Notes: a model not told the origin generated them from the letters alone. 64,000 nt of DNA from Eledone cirrhosa (GCA_964016885.1 OZ024751.1:29760001-29824000), one strand, 5' to 3'; shown: positions 13,254 to 28,267, numbered from the stretch's first letter. Numbers and translations are program-made.

Positions 13254-13450
13254 CTATGCCTTCACAAACTTTCCCTCATATATTCATTCATTCCCACATA
13301 TTTTCCTTCTCATTCCTTCTCTCTCTCACCCCTTTTCTCTTTCTCCTTAAATATATATATATGTTAGTATTTGTGTGTGACAGGGAGCAACATATATATT
13401 TGTATGTGTGTGTGTCAAGGGGCTATATACATTTGTATATATATATATAC

Positions 13451-13511
<61 letters not shown>

Positions 13512-13936
13512 CATATAATATCTATACATACATATATACATACATTTGTTACTGGTAATTTTCTGTTCTTTTGTATGGTTCTAATGAGCGCAATACCACA
13601 CTGCACATTACAGTAAGCCTATCATCAGACAAATCAATCAATTTCAGATCAATATATGCAAAAGATTATGTTCATAAAACATGCCCATACTTCTACTGAG
13701 AAGTAAAATAAATAAAATAATAATAAAAGGAAAATTTGAAAAAATACTCATGGAAAAACTGTAGATAATGACAAATATTAATTCCTTGAAAAATAACAGC
13801 AAACAAAAATATCAAAATATAATAAGTAAAAAGAATACTGTTAAACTGAAACAGAGCTTTTAAAATTCATATCACTTTTTAAAACATAACCAATCTGTGT
13901 GTTTATGTATGTGTGTATATATATATATGATATATA

Positions 13937-14000
<64 letters not shown>

Positions 14001-14084
14001 CATATATAATATATATATCATATATATATATATATAAACATATAATATGTATATATATTATATGTATATATATAATATATGTAT

Positions 14085-14128
<44 letters not shown>

Positions 14129-14147
14129 CATATATTATATACATATA

Positions 14148-14191
<44 letters not shown>

Positions 14192-14324
14192 CATATATTA
14201 TATACATATAATATATATATGTATATTATATACATATATATATATATTATATATATAATACATATATTATATACATATAATATATATATGTATATTATAT
14301 ACATATATATATATATTATATGTG

Positions 14325-14355
<31 letters not shown>

Positions 14356-14569
14356 AGTCATACACATACATATATGTGTGTGTACAGTTGTATGTTATTT
14401 GTGTATTGTAAGTCTAATGTACCTATGTCTTTAAACATATGTATGTGTAGGTGTAGGTGTGTGTTGTGTGTGTGTATGTATGTATGAGTATATATACCTG
14501 TGTTTGTGTATTTGCATATGTGTATGTCTTTTGTGGTTTAAATATCTACATGGCTCGATATATATATTT

Positions 14570-15070
14570 AAGTAGGTTTGTGTGTGTGTTTGTATGCTTG
14601 TATGTCTATGTTTCTGTGTATATATTTCTGTATGTATGCTTGTATGTCATTGTATGTATATATGTGTCTGTGCGTATGTTTATGTGTAATTATGTGTGTG
14701 CATATTTGGTGTATTGTATGCTTGTATGTCTGTTTGTGTGTATATATTTGTGTATGTATGCTGGTATGTCTATGTGTGTATATATGTGTATATATGTGCC
14801 TGTGTGTATGTTTATGTGTAATTATGTGTGTGTATATTTGGTGTATTGTATGCTTGTATGTCTATGTTTGTGTGTATATATTTGTGTATGTATGCTGGTA
14901 TATCTATGTGTGTATATATGTGCCTGTGTGTATGTTTATGTGTAATTATGTGTGTGCATATTTGGTGTATTGTATGCTTGTATGTCTATGTTTGTGTGTA
15001 TATATTTGTGTATGGATGCTGGTATGTCTATGTGTGTATATATGTGTATATATGTGCCTGTGTGTATATA
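14570..15070. repeat. TG-rich tandem repeat, ~115-125 bp unit, 3-4 copies
   Basis: Recurring ...tgtaattatgtgtgtgcatatttggtgtattgtatgcttgtatgtc... Confidence 0.8.
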
Positions 15071-15662
15071 TGTGTGGGTATGTGTCTATAGTTAACTGTC
15101 TATGCATCTGTATCTAGAAATATAATGAACGCAAAGACATAGTTGAAAGGTTGTGTGTGAGAACCATATACACACCCATGTACACACGTGTGTGTAAGTG
15201 TGTGTATTTGTGTATATTTTCTTTAAATACATGTACACATTAACTACACACATACACTTGAACAAACAAACGTATACTTGTAAGATTCATATTACTCATT
15301 TATCATACATACACATATTTATGTAACTTTGTTCAGTATCCATCCATCCATATATATATACACACACACACATATTTATATATGTATATATACATATACA
15401 TGCATGCTTATATATGTATGTGTGTGTGTATATATATATGTGTGTGTGTTATGTATATATATATATATATATTTGTCTATCTGTATGTATATATGTGTAT
15501 GTATATATATATATATGTGTGTGTACATATAAGTATGTTTATTTAAATATATACATATGTACATATATATCTATGTATATATATATATGTATCTATGTAT
15601 ATATATATATATATGTATCTATGTATATATATATATATAAATGCATAATTACATACACACAC

Positions 15663-15693
<31 letters not shown>

Positions 15694-15731
15694 CACGCAC
15701 ATATATATATATATATATACACACACACACG

Positions 15732-15769
<38 letters not shown>

Positions 15770-15804
15770 GATAAATCTACCAAGATATATATATATATAT
15801 ACAT

Positions 15805-15837
<33 letters not shown>

Positions 15838-16299
15838 CATAAAGCATTGTTCAGTTACATACAGACACACCAACCATACAGATGTTCCTCTACAGTTGAT
15901 GTTTTCTTTTAACATTAAAAAAACCAAATTCCAATATTCCTTATCAGTAAGTGGAATGGAAATTTTTAGTTTTCCATTTTTCCCCTCTTTTCTTTTCTCT
16001 ATTACCCCCACTCCACCTTACCTTACCTCACCCTACCCTTGCTTTTTTTTTTGTCTTTTTTTTTTTTCCTTTATTTTTTTACCTTTTTTTTTCTCTTTTA
16101 CTGCCATCAATTTTATTATTTCAGAATTTTAAAAAGGAAAGTAAATATTCTGTGTTGTTCGAAGTACTTTTCGTTGGGTTTTGTTGTTGAAAAATATTTA
16201 TTTTAACTTTGCTTTTCAATTATTCCATGTGTAAATAGTTTGAGCACATCCTCAGCAATGTTGGTCTTTTTTCCTCCCTTTCTTTCTGTCTTTCTTTCA

Positions 16300-16320
16300 T
16301 CCTTCTACTCTTTCTTTTTT

Positions 16321-16352
<32 letters not shown>

Positions 16353-16380
16353 TCATCCTTCTACTCTTTCTTTCTTTCCT

Positions 16381-16416
<36 letters not shown>

Positions 16417-17060
16417 TCCTTCTGTCTTGTGAGGTTGTTGTCTTTATCATCATCATCATCATCAGTAGCAGCAGAAACAGCAACAGCAGCATCAGCAATA
16501 TCAGCAGCAGTAATGACAAGCATCATGGTTAATTATGATTAGCATTAACATCATCATCATCATCATCAATATTATTATCATTGTTATTATTGTTATTATC
16601 TGTGGCATCAACCTCATCGCCATCATCACTGTCATCACCACTTTCGTCATCATCATCATCATCACCAACATCACAAATGTTATCATCATCATCATCATCT
16701 TTGTTGTAATCAACATCAATATCATCATCATCATCAATTGTTATCATTTCATCTTTGCCACTAACACTACGGTTACTCTTTCCTTGTTAACCCCATCCAA
16801 CCACCACCACCACCACCACCACCACCACCATTCACTATCACCCCCAACACCAACAGCCTATCACCACCATAACCACTAGTCTATCACAACCGCCACCATC
16901 TTTTCCACCACCACTACCACTAACATCACAACTACCACTACCAACACCACCACCACCACCACCAACAACAACAATCACCCTATCATCTTCCCCACCACCA
17001 ACAACAGAAACCACCATCCTCCCCATTACCACCACCATCATCCCCACCGCCGCCATCTAT
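16300..17060. repeat. (CTTT)n, (CAT)n and (CAC)n microsatellite block
   Basis: Directly visible. Confidence 0.9.
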
Positions 17061-17804
17061 CAATATTGGTGTTAATGTCAGTGACAGTTATAATTGTCAG
17101 AATAATATTAAAATAATTGAAATAATTACCTTAATAAAGATTTAATTTAATAATTTATTTATTTATTTATTTATTCAATTATTTATTTATTTATTTACTT
17201 GTTGGCGGCAGTGGTGGTGGTGGTTGTGGGGGGGGGGGGGGGGGTTCATTTTGTGGAGGATTAGTGCAGTAGTGTGTATGTTATTAAATAAACCTCACAC
17301 AATCTCTATGATGCTGTGTGTATCTAGTTTAGAATAAATGTACTGCACTAAATTCCTGTGTGTTGGTCATATGATGTTACTAAACTGGTTGGCACCAGGA
17401 AGGGTATCCAGCTGTAAAACATTGCCTCAATAAAGGACCCTATGATAAATATCGAAGCTCTTATGGGTTCCCCTTTGTAAGTTTAACCCTTGCTTTAGCA
17501 GAGAAAATTGTTCGTTGTGACCACAGTCAAATATTCCTGATAAAGTCTCTCCATAAATTCATGATTTTCCGTTGTGTTATGATGGTATGACACACCTGTT
17601 TTGTATATTTGTACAAAACAAGGGTAAAAACCCAAGGTGTTCACCAGACATAATTCCAAACTACCAACGAGAGAATACAACAAGACTTCATACACACAGT
17701 TCCTTTCATTTCTTATTTATAGAGTTTTGCCTAGTCCACTTTTAGTTATGTGGGGGTATTCAGGGTTTTTCCCCCACAACACGTTGCTTCTGGCGACTGC
17801 TCCC

Positions 17805-17918
17805 TACTGAGGTATCATCTGAGCGTTGATCAATGAAGGTACAAGCAGGTCTTCCTCCACTCTGTATAACTTCCTTCTAACCTTTCCAGCAATGTCTTGC
17901 AAATCGTAACCATTTTTT
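17805..17918 (-). mobile_element. Decayed RTE-like LINE C-terminal fragment
   Basis: Reads KWLRFARHCWKG*KEVIQSGGRPACTFIDQRSDDT, resembling the RLRFAGHC...GRP..T(Y/F)ID motif. Confidence 0.6.
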
Positions 17919-18489
17919 AGCAATTGTAGTTGAAAATAGCTTTAGTATATTTGTTGTTGTTTTTCTTCTTCTGTATAGTACTGGTACTTATTCATTCGCT
18001 ACCTACTCACCAGCTAAGGAGGAATAAAAAGCATGAGTCTACAAAGACTTTATCAGGAATTAGAGTAGGGACTAATAAGTTCAAAATATTAAAACATGAA
18101 GCATTTATTTGTTTCTATAATTCCTCTATCGATTCACATTATTCAAACAATTGTTTTTAATTTACGCTCAAGGCCAGCAATTTTGAGAGGAGGGATAAGT
18201 CAGTTATATCAATCTCAGTATTTGACTGGTACTTGATTTTACTGACCCCAGAAGGATTAAATGCAAATTTGACCTCAGCAGGATTTGACCTCACAATGTA
18301 AAGAGCCAGAACAAACACCATGCAATATTTTGATCAATGATCTAATGATTCTGTCAATCCACTGTCTTTCTTCTCACCATCTTAACAACTTTTACTATCA
18401 TTTACTTAGGAGAAAAGTATTAGATTAAATGCTTTTAAATATTGGTTCAGGCACTCCAAGTTCTGAGTTCAAATCTCGCCTCAGCTCTC

Positions 18490-18700
18490 CTACATAGCTC
18501 TTCTCTCTCAGTACCAAATTACCACACCACACCACACCTCTGCTCTCAGCACTCCTCTCTCAATACCAAATTACCACACCACACATCAGCTCTCAGCAAA
18601 CCTCTCTCAGTACCAAATTACCATACCTCAGCACAGTTCAGCTCTGTCAGACTCACTACCAAATTACCATACCTCAGCACAGCTCAGCTCAGCTCTTAAA
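18490..18700. repeat. Minisatellite, ~45-50 bp unit (ctctcagtaccaaattaccacacc...)
   Basis: Four recurring units. Confidence 0.75.
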
Positions 18701-19900
18701 ATGCACAAATCCATAATTTCATGGGATTGTTTGTCCTGAGAAGAATCTCACTGCTATATTATAGTGTTTCTACTGTCTCTCTTAGTTTCATTCATTTCAA
18801 AGTTTGAGTGGTTACTGTTCAAGAGAAGCCAGTCAGCTGTAGAATAAGCGATAGGACCAATTCAATTCAGGATAATATTGGTTAAAATGAAAGTAAATAC
18901 AAGCAAATGAACACATTTATTTCTTCCTTTGGACAAGAAAGAAATGGATAGCTATTGTTAGAGAGGCATCAATTTGTGATAATATAACTAGAAAAGTAAC
19001 AACTTTGATCAAATAAAACCTTTATTTCCTTTCACCCACAACAGATACACACAGAGACACACTTATAGACCTCTCACACACATTCACACACACACACACA
19101 TACAGACTCTCACACACATTCACACACACACACACTCTCACCCATTCAAACACTTAGAGACTCTCACACATATTCACACACACACACACAGACTCACATA
19201 TTCACACACAGCCTGTTACACACATTCACACATACTGCTCAAAAGATAAATTCAACTCTCTTATGGTTGAAGTCAATCACATTACTTCTATATGTCAGTT
19301 TCCTGCTCATCGCTAATCACAATAACCAGTTTGTGAAAAGCTACACACCTTAATTGTGCAGCCTTGTCGGTATAGTAACACTGATGCCAAATTGACATCA
19401 TAATTATAGTATTTTGTTGTCTGTTCCTTGAGGAACGATGCTGTTGTAAGATTGCCTGCCGACTTTCTAGTTTGACATTTCCTCACTTGACAAAAGAGTT
19501 AAGTCAGAAAACTCTGTACAAGAAAAGTTTTAGGAACAACTTTTAACTTGTGTAATAAGATCACCAGAAAATTCACTTTAAATCTAGGCACATTTCTTTG
19601 CATATATACTGAATAAGTTTACTCTCTTTTGATAAAGGATTAATGTCCGACACATCAAGACATTCTTTTTTTTGTCCCCACTAATAAAACTTTGTGTAAT
19701 TGTTCTCTGTGTTTGTCTTGTTTAATCGTTAATAACTTTATACAGCTTACAGTCTATTTTTCCTTTTCAAGAAAAGATTTTTCCAAAGTGGGATAGTTGA
19801 TTGGATTCTTAATTGCTCATAAAAATCTTCATTTATACAACTTATATTTAGATAAAAATCTTCCAACATAATTCTATATAAGAACCATATGAGGGACAGG

Positions 19901-20172
19901 GTTGACACAACCATGACTGTTTAGGCCTGCCAAGGATTTACATTCTTTTCTGCATATGCTACAATGGTGAATGTTGTTACTTCCACTTTGGTTCCTTGTT
20001 TTGTTTTGGTGAGTTTTCAAATGATGTTGGGATCCGCTGACCAAGGCACATTGTTTTCCACACTTCTGACAGGCAGAAAAGCCAAAGAGACCATAATCGA
20101 CAACATTTTGTCCATGGCTTCTATGATGACTTCAAAGACCAGCTTTGTTGAGGCAAATCCAGCTACACTCGT
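19901..20172 (-). pseudogene. Decayed triple C2H2 zinc-finger remnant of an RTE-like LINE C-terminus
   Basis: ECSWICLNKAGL*SHHRSH...CQKCGKQCALVSGSQHHLKTH...CSICRKECKSLAGLNSH in one frame with one internal stop. Confidence 0.7.
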
Positions 20173-20464
20173 TGTATATCCATACATCCATTCATATATA
20201 TATACGTCCATCCATACATCCATTCATATATATATACGTCCATCCATACATACATAAATATTCATTCATATATACAAATATTCATACATACATATATACA
20301 TACAGCTCCTTAATTCATAGACTACAAATGGCTGCGATATCTGGTACCTTCAAAATTTGCAAAACATTCTTGCAATTCAAGGGATGAAAATGTCTTTTCT
20401 TTTACAGCCTAGCCACCAGGAAGGTGGCTGGTCAAAAATATACTCAAAATTAAGAGAAAGAGAA

Positions 20465-20750
20465 ACATACATACATACATGGTGGCTGCCAACTCGTTTT
20501 TGAGTACGGCCACTACTTTATATCCATGTAGGAGAACTCCTACCGATGTGCTGAACGAGTGTGACTTTTTAGTCCAGCCAGCGACTTGAAAACTCTGGTA
20601 CCAACACTACACTTGTGACAATTATTGACACATAGTGCTGGGCCCATGGTACCATGTGACGACAAGTGCAGAGAGATCTCCAGATATAAAGCAATGCCTG
20701 TGCCGTGAAGCTTTTATAGTGAGCAAAGGCACTGCACAAAGCCAGTCCCA
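20465..20750 (-). mobile_element. 3' end of a zinc-finger LINE with (TGTA)n tail; 77-bp 5'-truncated copy at 23064-23140 (+)
   Basis: HKCSVGTRVFKSLAGLKSHTRSAHR* (stop at 20540-20542), then a short UTR ending gcagccacca(tgta)n. Confidence 0.7.
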
Positions 20751-21910
20751 CTCTCTTAACCAAGATGATATTTACCAAAAAGAAGAACAAGTCAACATCA
20801 TTGGATACCATCAGAGTTGCAGGTGTTATATCAGAGTTTTCCTTCTCCTAGAATTCTGCCTTGACAAAGGCTAAGGGGTCATCTCTCCCATACATACATA
20901 CATACATTTTACTAAATCAGCTCCAAATTCTTGATTTTTCAAATTAACTGAAAAACAATGTATTTTGTTAGAAATGTACTTCTGGAAGAATTAAGTAACA
21001 AACCCTGTTGCTATTAGTAACCATTCTTGGCTCAGAAACAGATTTAATATTTGTTTCCAGCCTTTTTTTTTTAAATTTACTAATTTTTTTATTATTTCAT
21101 TTTATTTTTGACATTATATCTCTACAAGAAATTGTATTAAGAGTAATAAAGATATTTCTAATTTTTTATTATTATTATTTTTTTCCCCCCAGTGTGTGGA
21201 AGATTTTTATAATAACTGCTACTTTTTGCAGAAAGCAGAGCTGTGGTCTGCGTTCTTTATCCACACTAATATAACTCTGCCTGTCATAGTTTATTATAAG
21301 TAATAAAAGAATGATAAAATTCTTTTCACTTCTATCTCTCCTATTCATTCTCTGCAAATCTTTTCCATGTTTGGAATATGAGGAATGGTAAAGTATAGAG
21401 TGAATGTAGGAAGGGAGGAAAGAAGGCATCACAGTCTTCTGAATATAAATTATAAGAATATGCTATTGTTGACTCAGTATATGTAATAATGTTTGCTTTT
21501 CTTCTAAGAAGCTTGAAGCTTTCAATTGATAATCTACAATAGCAGCATATATACAGATATAGTGTTCTACTATCTTCGGCCTCAGCTGTGTCCGTATGCA
21601 CTGCCTTGATATATATAATAATATACCGACTGAGTTCTTCATAAATAACCAACATCTGAGTCAACAGTGTTATATCTAGAGTGGAGGATCAGATGAGGTG
21701 ACAAAAATGAAGGATTTGTGAAATGAAATTTTTAGGTGGGCTCATATCTTTTGAAGGCCATTCAAATGATGTTCTGTCAACAGACCAACATATTTCACTT
21801 GCCAATTCTTGGCATTACACTTTAGATATTAACAATGATAGTGGATTGTGTGGCTTGGCTTCGACTAGAGCAGAAATAAGACTGTGAATATGATGCAATG
21901 TTTATGTCTG

Positions 21911-21942
<32 letters not shown>

Positions 21943-23005
21943 AGTGACATAAATGTGTGTGTATATGTGCATATATATGTGTATATACAAACATGTGTGA
22001 GTGTATAGGTGTTATTGTATACATTCATGTGAATCTGTGTGTGTCTGTGTGTTATTGTATGTGTGTGTGTCTATGTGATAGTGTATGTGTGTGTGTATAT
22101 GTCATATTGTATGTGTGTGTGTATATGTCATATTGTATGTATGTGTGATTATGTGCTATTGTATGTGTGTGTGTATGTGATATTGTATGTGTGCGTATGA
22201 ATCTCTTCAAATGCGTATGTGAGACAGTGATGGACAAATACATGCAATGAAGGTAAAATATATACAACACATAAGATCTGCCAACTTTAATAAGATGCAA
22301 GCTGAATGAGATTCTTCCCCAACCATTCATACTTCCAACCTTCCAAACCCCATCTCCCCCTTACTCACACATATTTCAAACAGTACCATTCCTCTCCCTA
22401 CTCCCCACTCCCTCGCCACCATCTCCCCCACTCTTTTTTTTTTTGTTGTTTTCTTCTGCAGCAGTTGTGTCAACATTTGGCAGAAGTGAAAGCAAACATG
22501 GTTTTGTAAGTCAGGTTACATGTTTCTCTCCCCTTGTTTCTACCACCACACCAGTGCTTCAAGATGGCGGTGGGACGGTCGGTCGGTGTCGGCGGGAGAA
22601 TTCTTACCTCAAGATGGCTGTCTGTTTGTCAGTCTGTCTGGCTCTCTATCTGTCTGGCTGACTTGCCTGCCATTTCCAACACTTCCCAGTTAGATTTTTA
22701 ACCACAGCCTTCAAACCTTTTTGTCCTTCATATTACGTTTATTGCAAAATTATCGCCATCTTAATAAAATGTTGTGTATCATGCACAGTTTTTTTGGGGG
22801 AAAGATTCAAAGAAAAGAGAAACAAGAGACAAGAATGTGTTACAATAAATAAATAATGGAATTGTATGAATCTGTCTGTAAGTTGACCTTGAAAATATTT
22901 GTACATTAAAATACCTAGCTAGCCATTGTGTAAAATATGGTCCCAAAATGAAAACCTATATATATATATGTGTGTATGTATGGATATATATATGTGTGTA
23001 TGTGG

Positions 23006-23047
<42 letters not shown>

Positions 23048-23139
23048 ATGTATATATATATGTGTTCAGCTCATCGGTAGGGGTTCTCCTACATGGATAT
23101 AAAGTAGTGACCGTACTCGAAAACGAGTTGGCAGCCACC

Positions 23140-23209
<70 letters not shown>

Positions 23210-23804
23210 CTGTATATATATATATATAAGGACTTAAAACAACTGAAGACCTCTCTGGTTATCATTTGGGAATTCTTTTGCTGAATTTCTTAAATATTTA
23301 TTTTATTTTATATTGTTTTATTCATTTTTATTTTTATTTATTTTACATTTTCATTGAGCGACTTCTAACTATTCTTCAATGCTCTTTGGTTGAAATTAAA
23401 ATTCTTACTTTTTATAGACTTATTATATATTTTTGGTTTTAATTGTTTAGTCTTCATACTATTCCATTGTGAATGACATAAATTGAAACTTATTCTTATT
23501 CTTCTCCCACCTCCACCCCACCTCTATCACTTACAAACAATTCCTGTGTCTATATTCCTGCAAGCTCAATTTATGAATACTTGCAATAAGCACCCAGAAT
23601 TTTTTTTTATCAATTTCTTTGTTTTTTAAATGTTGGCGATCTATAATAACTTTACTATATTTTACAATCTTATATCCTAGTTATATCACTTCCTCTCCCC
23701 CACCCCCCATATCTGTTTTGTTCCTACTATTTAACTACAGAAGTAGCAGCCATCCCACCTGCATACATCACTTGCTTTTATCATTTTGTTTGCTACAGAA
23801 TTTC

Positions 23805-24418
23805 TAGCTTTCCCACCTTCAGACATCACCTATATAACTTACCTGTTTTATATACTATTGTGTCTGCTACAGATGTCTTAGCTGTCTCACCTGCATATCT
23901 CACCTACTTTTACAATTTTTTATCTGCTACAGATGTCCCAGCTGTCTCACCTACATAACATACCTGTTTATACCATTTCATATTTGCTACAGATGTCTCA
24001 AACTCATCACTTGTTTATACCATTATATGTCTATTACAGGTGTCCCAACTACCTCACCTGTAATCAATCATCACCTGTTTATACCATGATATCTGCTACA
24101 GATATCACAGCCATCTCACCTTCATACCTAATTTTACCATTTTATATCTACTACAGGTAACCCAGCCATCTCACCTGCACACCTTACCTGTTTATACCAT
24201 TATATCTGCTACAGATATCCGAAATATCTCATCTGTAATCAATCCTCAACTGTTTATACCATAGCATCTGCTACAGATGTCCCCAATTATCTCACCATCA
24301 TACCTCACCTGTTTAAACCATTTCATATCTGTTCCAGATATGTCAAATACATCACCTGCAATCAATCCTCACCTGTTTATACCATTTTATTTCTACTATA
24401 GATGCCCTAACTGTTTCA
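23805..24418. repeat. Minisatellite, ~11 copies of 51-57 bp (atctgctacagatgtcccagctgtctcacctg...cacctgtttataccat)
   Basis: Recurring units with variable middles. Confidence 0.85.
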
Positions 24419-24645
24419 GTATTGAGTACTCTGGTGAGTTATGGTCCACCTGGTTTTTTACTACACCCTATCTGATATGTCTATCTATCTACATATATAT
24501 ATTTATAACAAAGGAAGTGTGGTAACCCACCAGAGTACTCAATACTTGGGGAAGTAGAGTGGGTAATATGGAAAGATTCAGGACCCTCGACGGCTGAGTT
24601 CCGGCCATTTCGACAGCTAGATTGAAATGGTCGGAGCTCAGCAGG
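24419..24645. mobile_element. Tail-to-tail HHR family 1-related fragments with a half hammerhead (GAAA-UGGC...GCCG-UC on the minus strand)
   Basis: agtattgagtactctggtg and its inverse at 24527-24546; homology to 5616-5745. Confidence 0.7.
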
Positions 24646-24798
24646 TGAAACAGTTAGGGCATCTATAGTAGAAATAAAATGGTATAAACAGGTGAGGATT
24701 GATTGCAGGTGATGTATTTGACATATCTGGAACAGATATATATATATGTCCCACCCTTGCAAGCAGGGTAAAGCGGAAGTAAAATGATGATGATGATA

Positions 24799-24846
<48 letters not shown>

Positions 24847-27800
24847 ATATAAAGAGATAGATAGAGAGTGAGTCATAAAAATAAATGTATAAATGTAGAT
24901 ACATAATGTGAATATTGTAACAACCAGGGGAAAAAAAAAAGATTATGGTATGATAATTAAATGCTTTTTTTTCTGTAAGTTCTCTCTGTATATATTCCAC
25001 ACGCTGCACACTATACAGTGAGATTATTTTTCTTCAGTTGCACTTCTGTTGCACCAGCTACAGGCCGTTTCTAGCTAGGCTTCCTTTGTACAATAAAACT
25101 TAATCCAAGATGTATTTCCGATATTAACAGTTTTCTTCGCGATGGATATGCTGATAGTTATTATAATGGATAGAAACCTATATGGGGGAACACACACACA
25201 TATATATATATATTTCTATCTGTTTCCCCCTCTATCCCCCGTTCCCTTCACCCTCTCTATCCACCTCTTGCACCTCTCTCTTTCATTTCCTCCTCCTCTC
25301 TTTCCCTCCCTATCCCCCCACCCCCTGCCCCACTGGTTGTGTAGGTGTCAACAAGCAAAACAACACAATACAATGAAGGTTATATTAGTTTAGTTGGAAT
25401 GTGTGTGTATATATATGTGTGTGTGTGTGTATATATATGTGTATGTGTGTGTGTGTGAATATATATGTGTGTGTATATATATATATATATATATACATGC
25501 ATGTAAACATGCAAGCAAAAAAGAAAAATAATACTTAAAAAAACTTTCTCAAGAAGTAAACCAAATTAAAAAAAAAAACACACCTGAACTAAGATGTTTG
25601 CATATACTTATATTACCATCATGTCTACTACTACTACTATTACTAATAATAATAATAATAATAATAATACAGAAATCAATAGATTATTTAACTAGATTGG
25701 ACATTTCTGTTGCTTTCTTCAGTATAACATTTTTTCAGAAGTGTGTGTGTTTAAGTGTGTGCGTGGCATAAGGTTTAAGGTCTTTCCATGCAAAAAAAAA
25801 ACACAATCCTAAAAATAAAAATTCCCCCCAAAACAAACTTGTTACAGAAATCAGTAAGTTTGTTTTTATAACTGAGATTAGATGCACTCATTTCTAACGC
25901 ATCATAAGAAAATATTTTTTGGGGAAAAATAAAAGATATGTAACTATATATTCCAAACAATTCATTTATAATTTAGTTTTTTTTTTTCTGGGTCCAATTT
26001 GGGGGAATGACCTTTAGATAGTTTTTTTAAACTACTTTGTGACCGTATTTCTAATGAAATACACTCTATTTCAATTAGTTAATAAAGAGTGTCATGACGA
26101 AAAGCACCCACTCCACACTGTAAAGTGTTTGTGTGGGTATCATGACAAAAGGCACTGAGTTCACACTGTAAAGTGGTCATGTAGGAGTCATGGCAAAAAA
26201 AACAAAACAGCTTACACTTTAAATGTGGTTGGTCTTAGGAAGGGCATCCAGCTGTAGAAACCAAGCCAAAACCAGTTCTGTATGAGCAAGACATGGTCAT
26301 CTGACCTAACATTGCCCACAACAGGACAACTTGTCTAACTCATGTAGCGCGAAAAAAATGGATGTAAAATGATGATGATGATGATATATGGCCTAGTGGT
26401 TAGGGTGTTGGACTCACAACAATCATATGATCATGGGTTTAATTCTTGAACTGGGCAAAATGTTTGTGTTCTTGACCAAAACCGAAATATTTAATTTTAT
26501 GCTGCTCTTTCTGCCAGGAATTGAGATCGAGAGATGATATCAGAAATGGAAAGACCAATGGAAACATTCTTTCCATTGGTCTAATCTGATGATTGGCTCT
26601 TTTCTATTCTTTTCCTTTAATTTTGAGGCCTTTATTAAAATTGTTCATTATTTCATTAGTAAGGTAGTAACTTAACACATGGTTCTTCATCATCATCATC
26701 ATCATCATCATCACCATAATAATTTTATGCCCATCATTCCACACTTGCATGGGTTGGAAGGGTCCTTCTCAGTACAGCATCTCTCCACTTGTCGTGTTCC
26801 TTTCTCATCTCCTCCATGAACTTCAGCGATCTGATATCAACCCTCACCACTCCCATAGTCTTCCTATACTGCAGCTTCCTTCCACTAGGATTTCTTGGCT
26901 CTTCTTCACCCAGATATCATCATCCATGAGTATCACATGAGCATACCAATGCAGGCTTCTTTCCTGAACACTATTTCTGATTCTTCTTATACCCATTATA
27001 TAAAATAATATTTGAAGATCTTAATTTGAATACGAATCCTTTAAAATGACTGGTTTTATTTTATAGAACCAGATGTCATTTGGGCAGAGTTAGTATCAAC
27101 GTTTAAAGCTTACTTTCGTCATCAAGGTAGAGTCCATGGGGATGTGTACAAATTATAACATTCATCTTAGGATATTGTTAAAAGTTATAGAGTATATAAA
27201 CCGCTCAGCTATGTATTTCCTTATGGTTGTTTAGATAATATACACATCTTCGGATGAGGAATCCAACTAGGTTAAAAAATCAACTCAAGGTATTTATCAT
27301 TGTTTTTTTCTTTTGCAATTTACAAGGAAATATGCATATTTAGCATGTTTACATGTCTATATAACAAAAAAATGTGTAAATTTATATACATATTTATGTA
27401 GTCTTGCTTATTTCTATTTCGTATATAAACAGATATTACTTTATCACATATTTCGACTGCTTAGTGCATAACTTATATATATCTATATATATATATATCT
27501 ATATATATATATATCTATATATATAGGTGTGTGTGTATATAGATTCATACATATGTATGTATTTATGCATACACAACAAACACACACACATATATATTTA
27601 TACACACACATTCATGTATAAATGACTATTCTTCTATCTCATTTTCTATTTCTATTCTAGTCTCTTTCTCTCACTCTCCTCTTTTCCTACATATCTAATG
27701 CTACCACCTCACTCCCTCTCATCTCTCTCTCCCCTTCCTATTATCTCTTCTCTTCCTCTATAGTTCCACCTTCTCTCCCATCACTCCTCACTCACTCTCT

Positions 27801-28267
27801 CTCTCTCTCTCTCTCTCTCTATCACACACAGACACACAAACACACTCATATAGGACCATTTTATTTACTTCCTGTCTTAAGCACCAAAGAACACAGTACT
27901 AAAAGAACCTTTACCAAAATCCCATCTTCACAAACATATTTCCCTCTCTATATTCCAGCTTGAAGCTGAACTGAGAGTTAGAGGACAACAAAACCAATTT
28001 CATCTCTTGATTAATCCTACACACTTTTCATTCTTTCTAATATCTATATACATACATAAATCTGTATATATTTGCATATATATATATGTATCTATGATTA
28101 TGTATATAAGTATATATGTGTAAATATATGTATATATATATATATAGATGTATGTATATGTATATAAGTATATATGTGTGTATATTTATATATGTGTGTG
28201 TGTATGTGTCTATGTATATAGATATTTATTTTATATATAGATGTTTATATACATATGTCTATATGTT

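Noticed and set aside
23805-24418. CRISPR-like repeat with variable middles
   Set aside because: The variable parts are mutually homologous; a diverged minisatellite
26540-26595. Type II hammerhead (GAAAGACC...GGTCTA-AT-CTGATGA)
   Set aside because: Only 2 nt between the putative site and core, so no stem I; the homolog at 63038-63080 lacks the core; an ordinary hairpin in a SINE tail
27200-27262. Minus-strand CCGAAGA...GAAATACATA hammerhead
   Set aside because: Core mismatch and poor stems I and II; too degenerate to support
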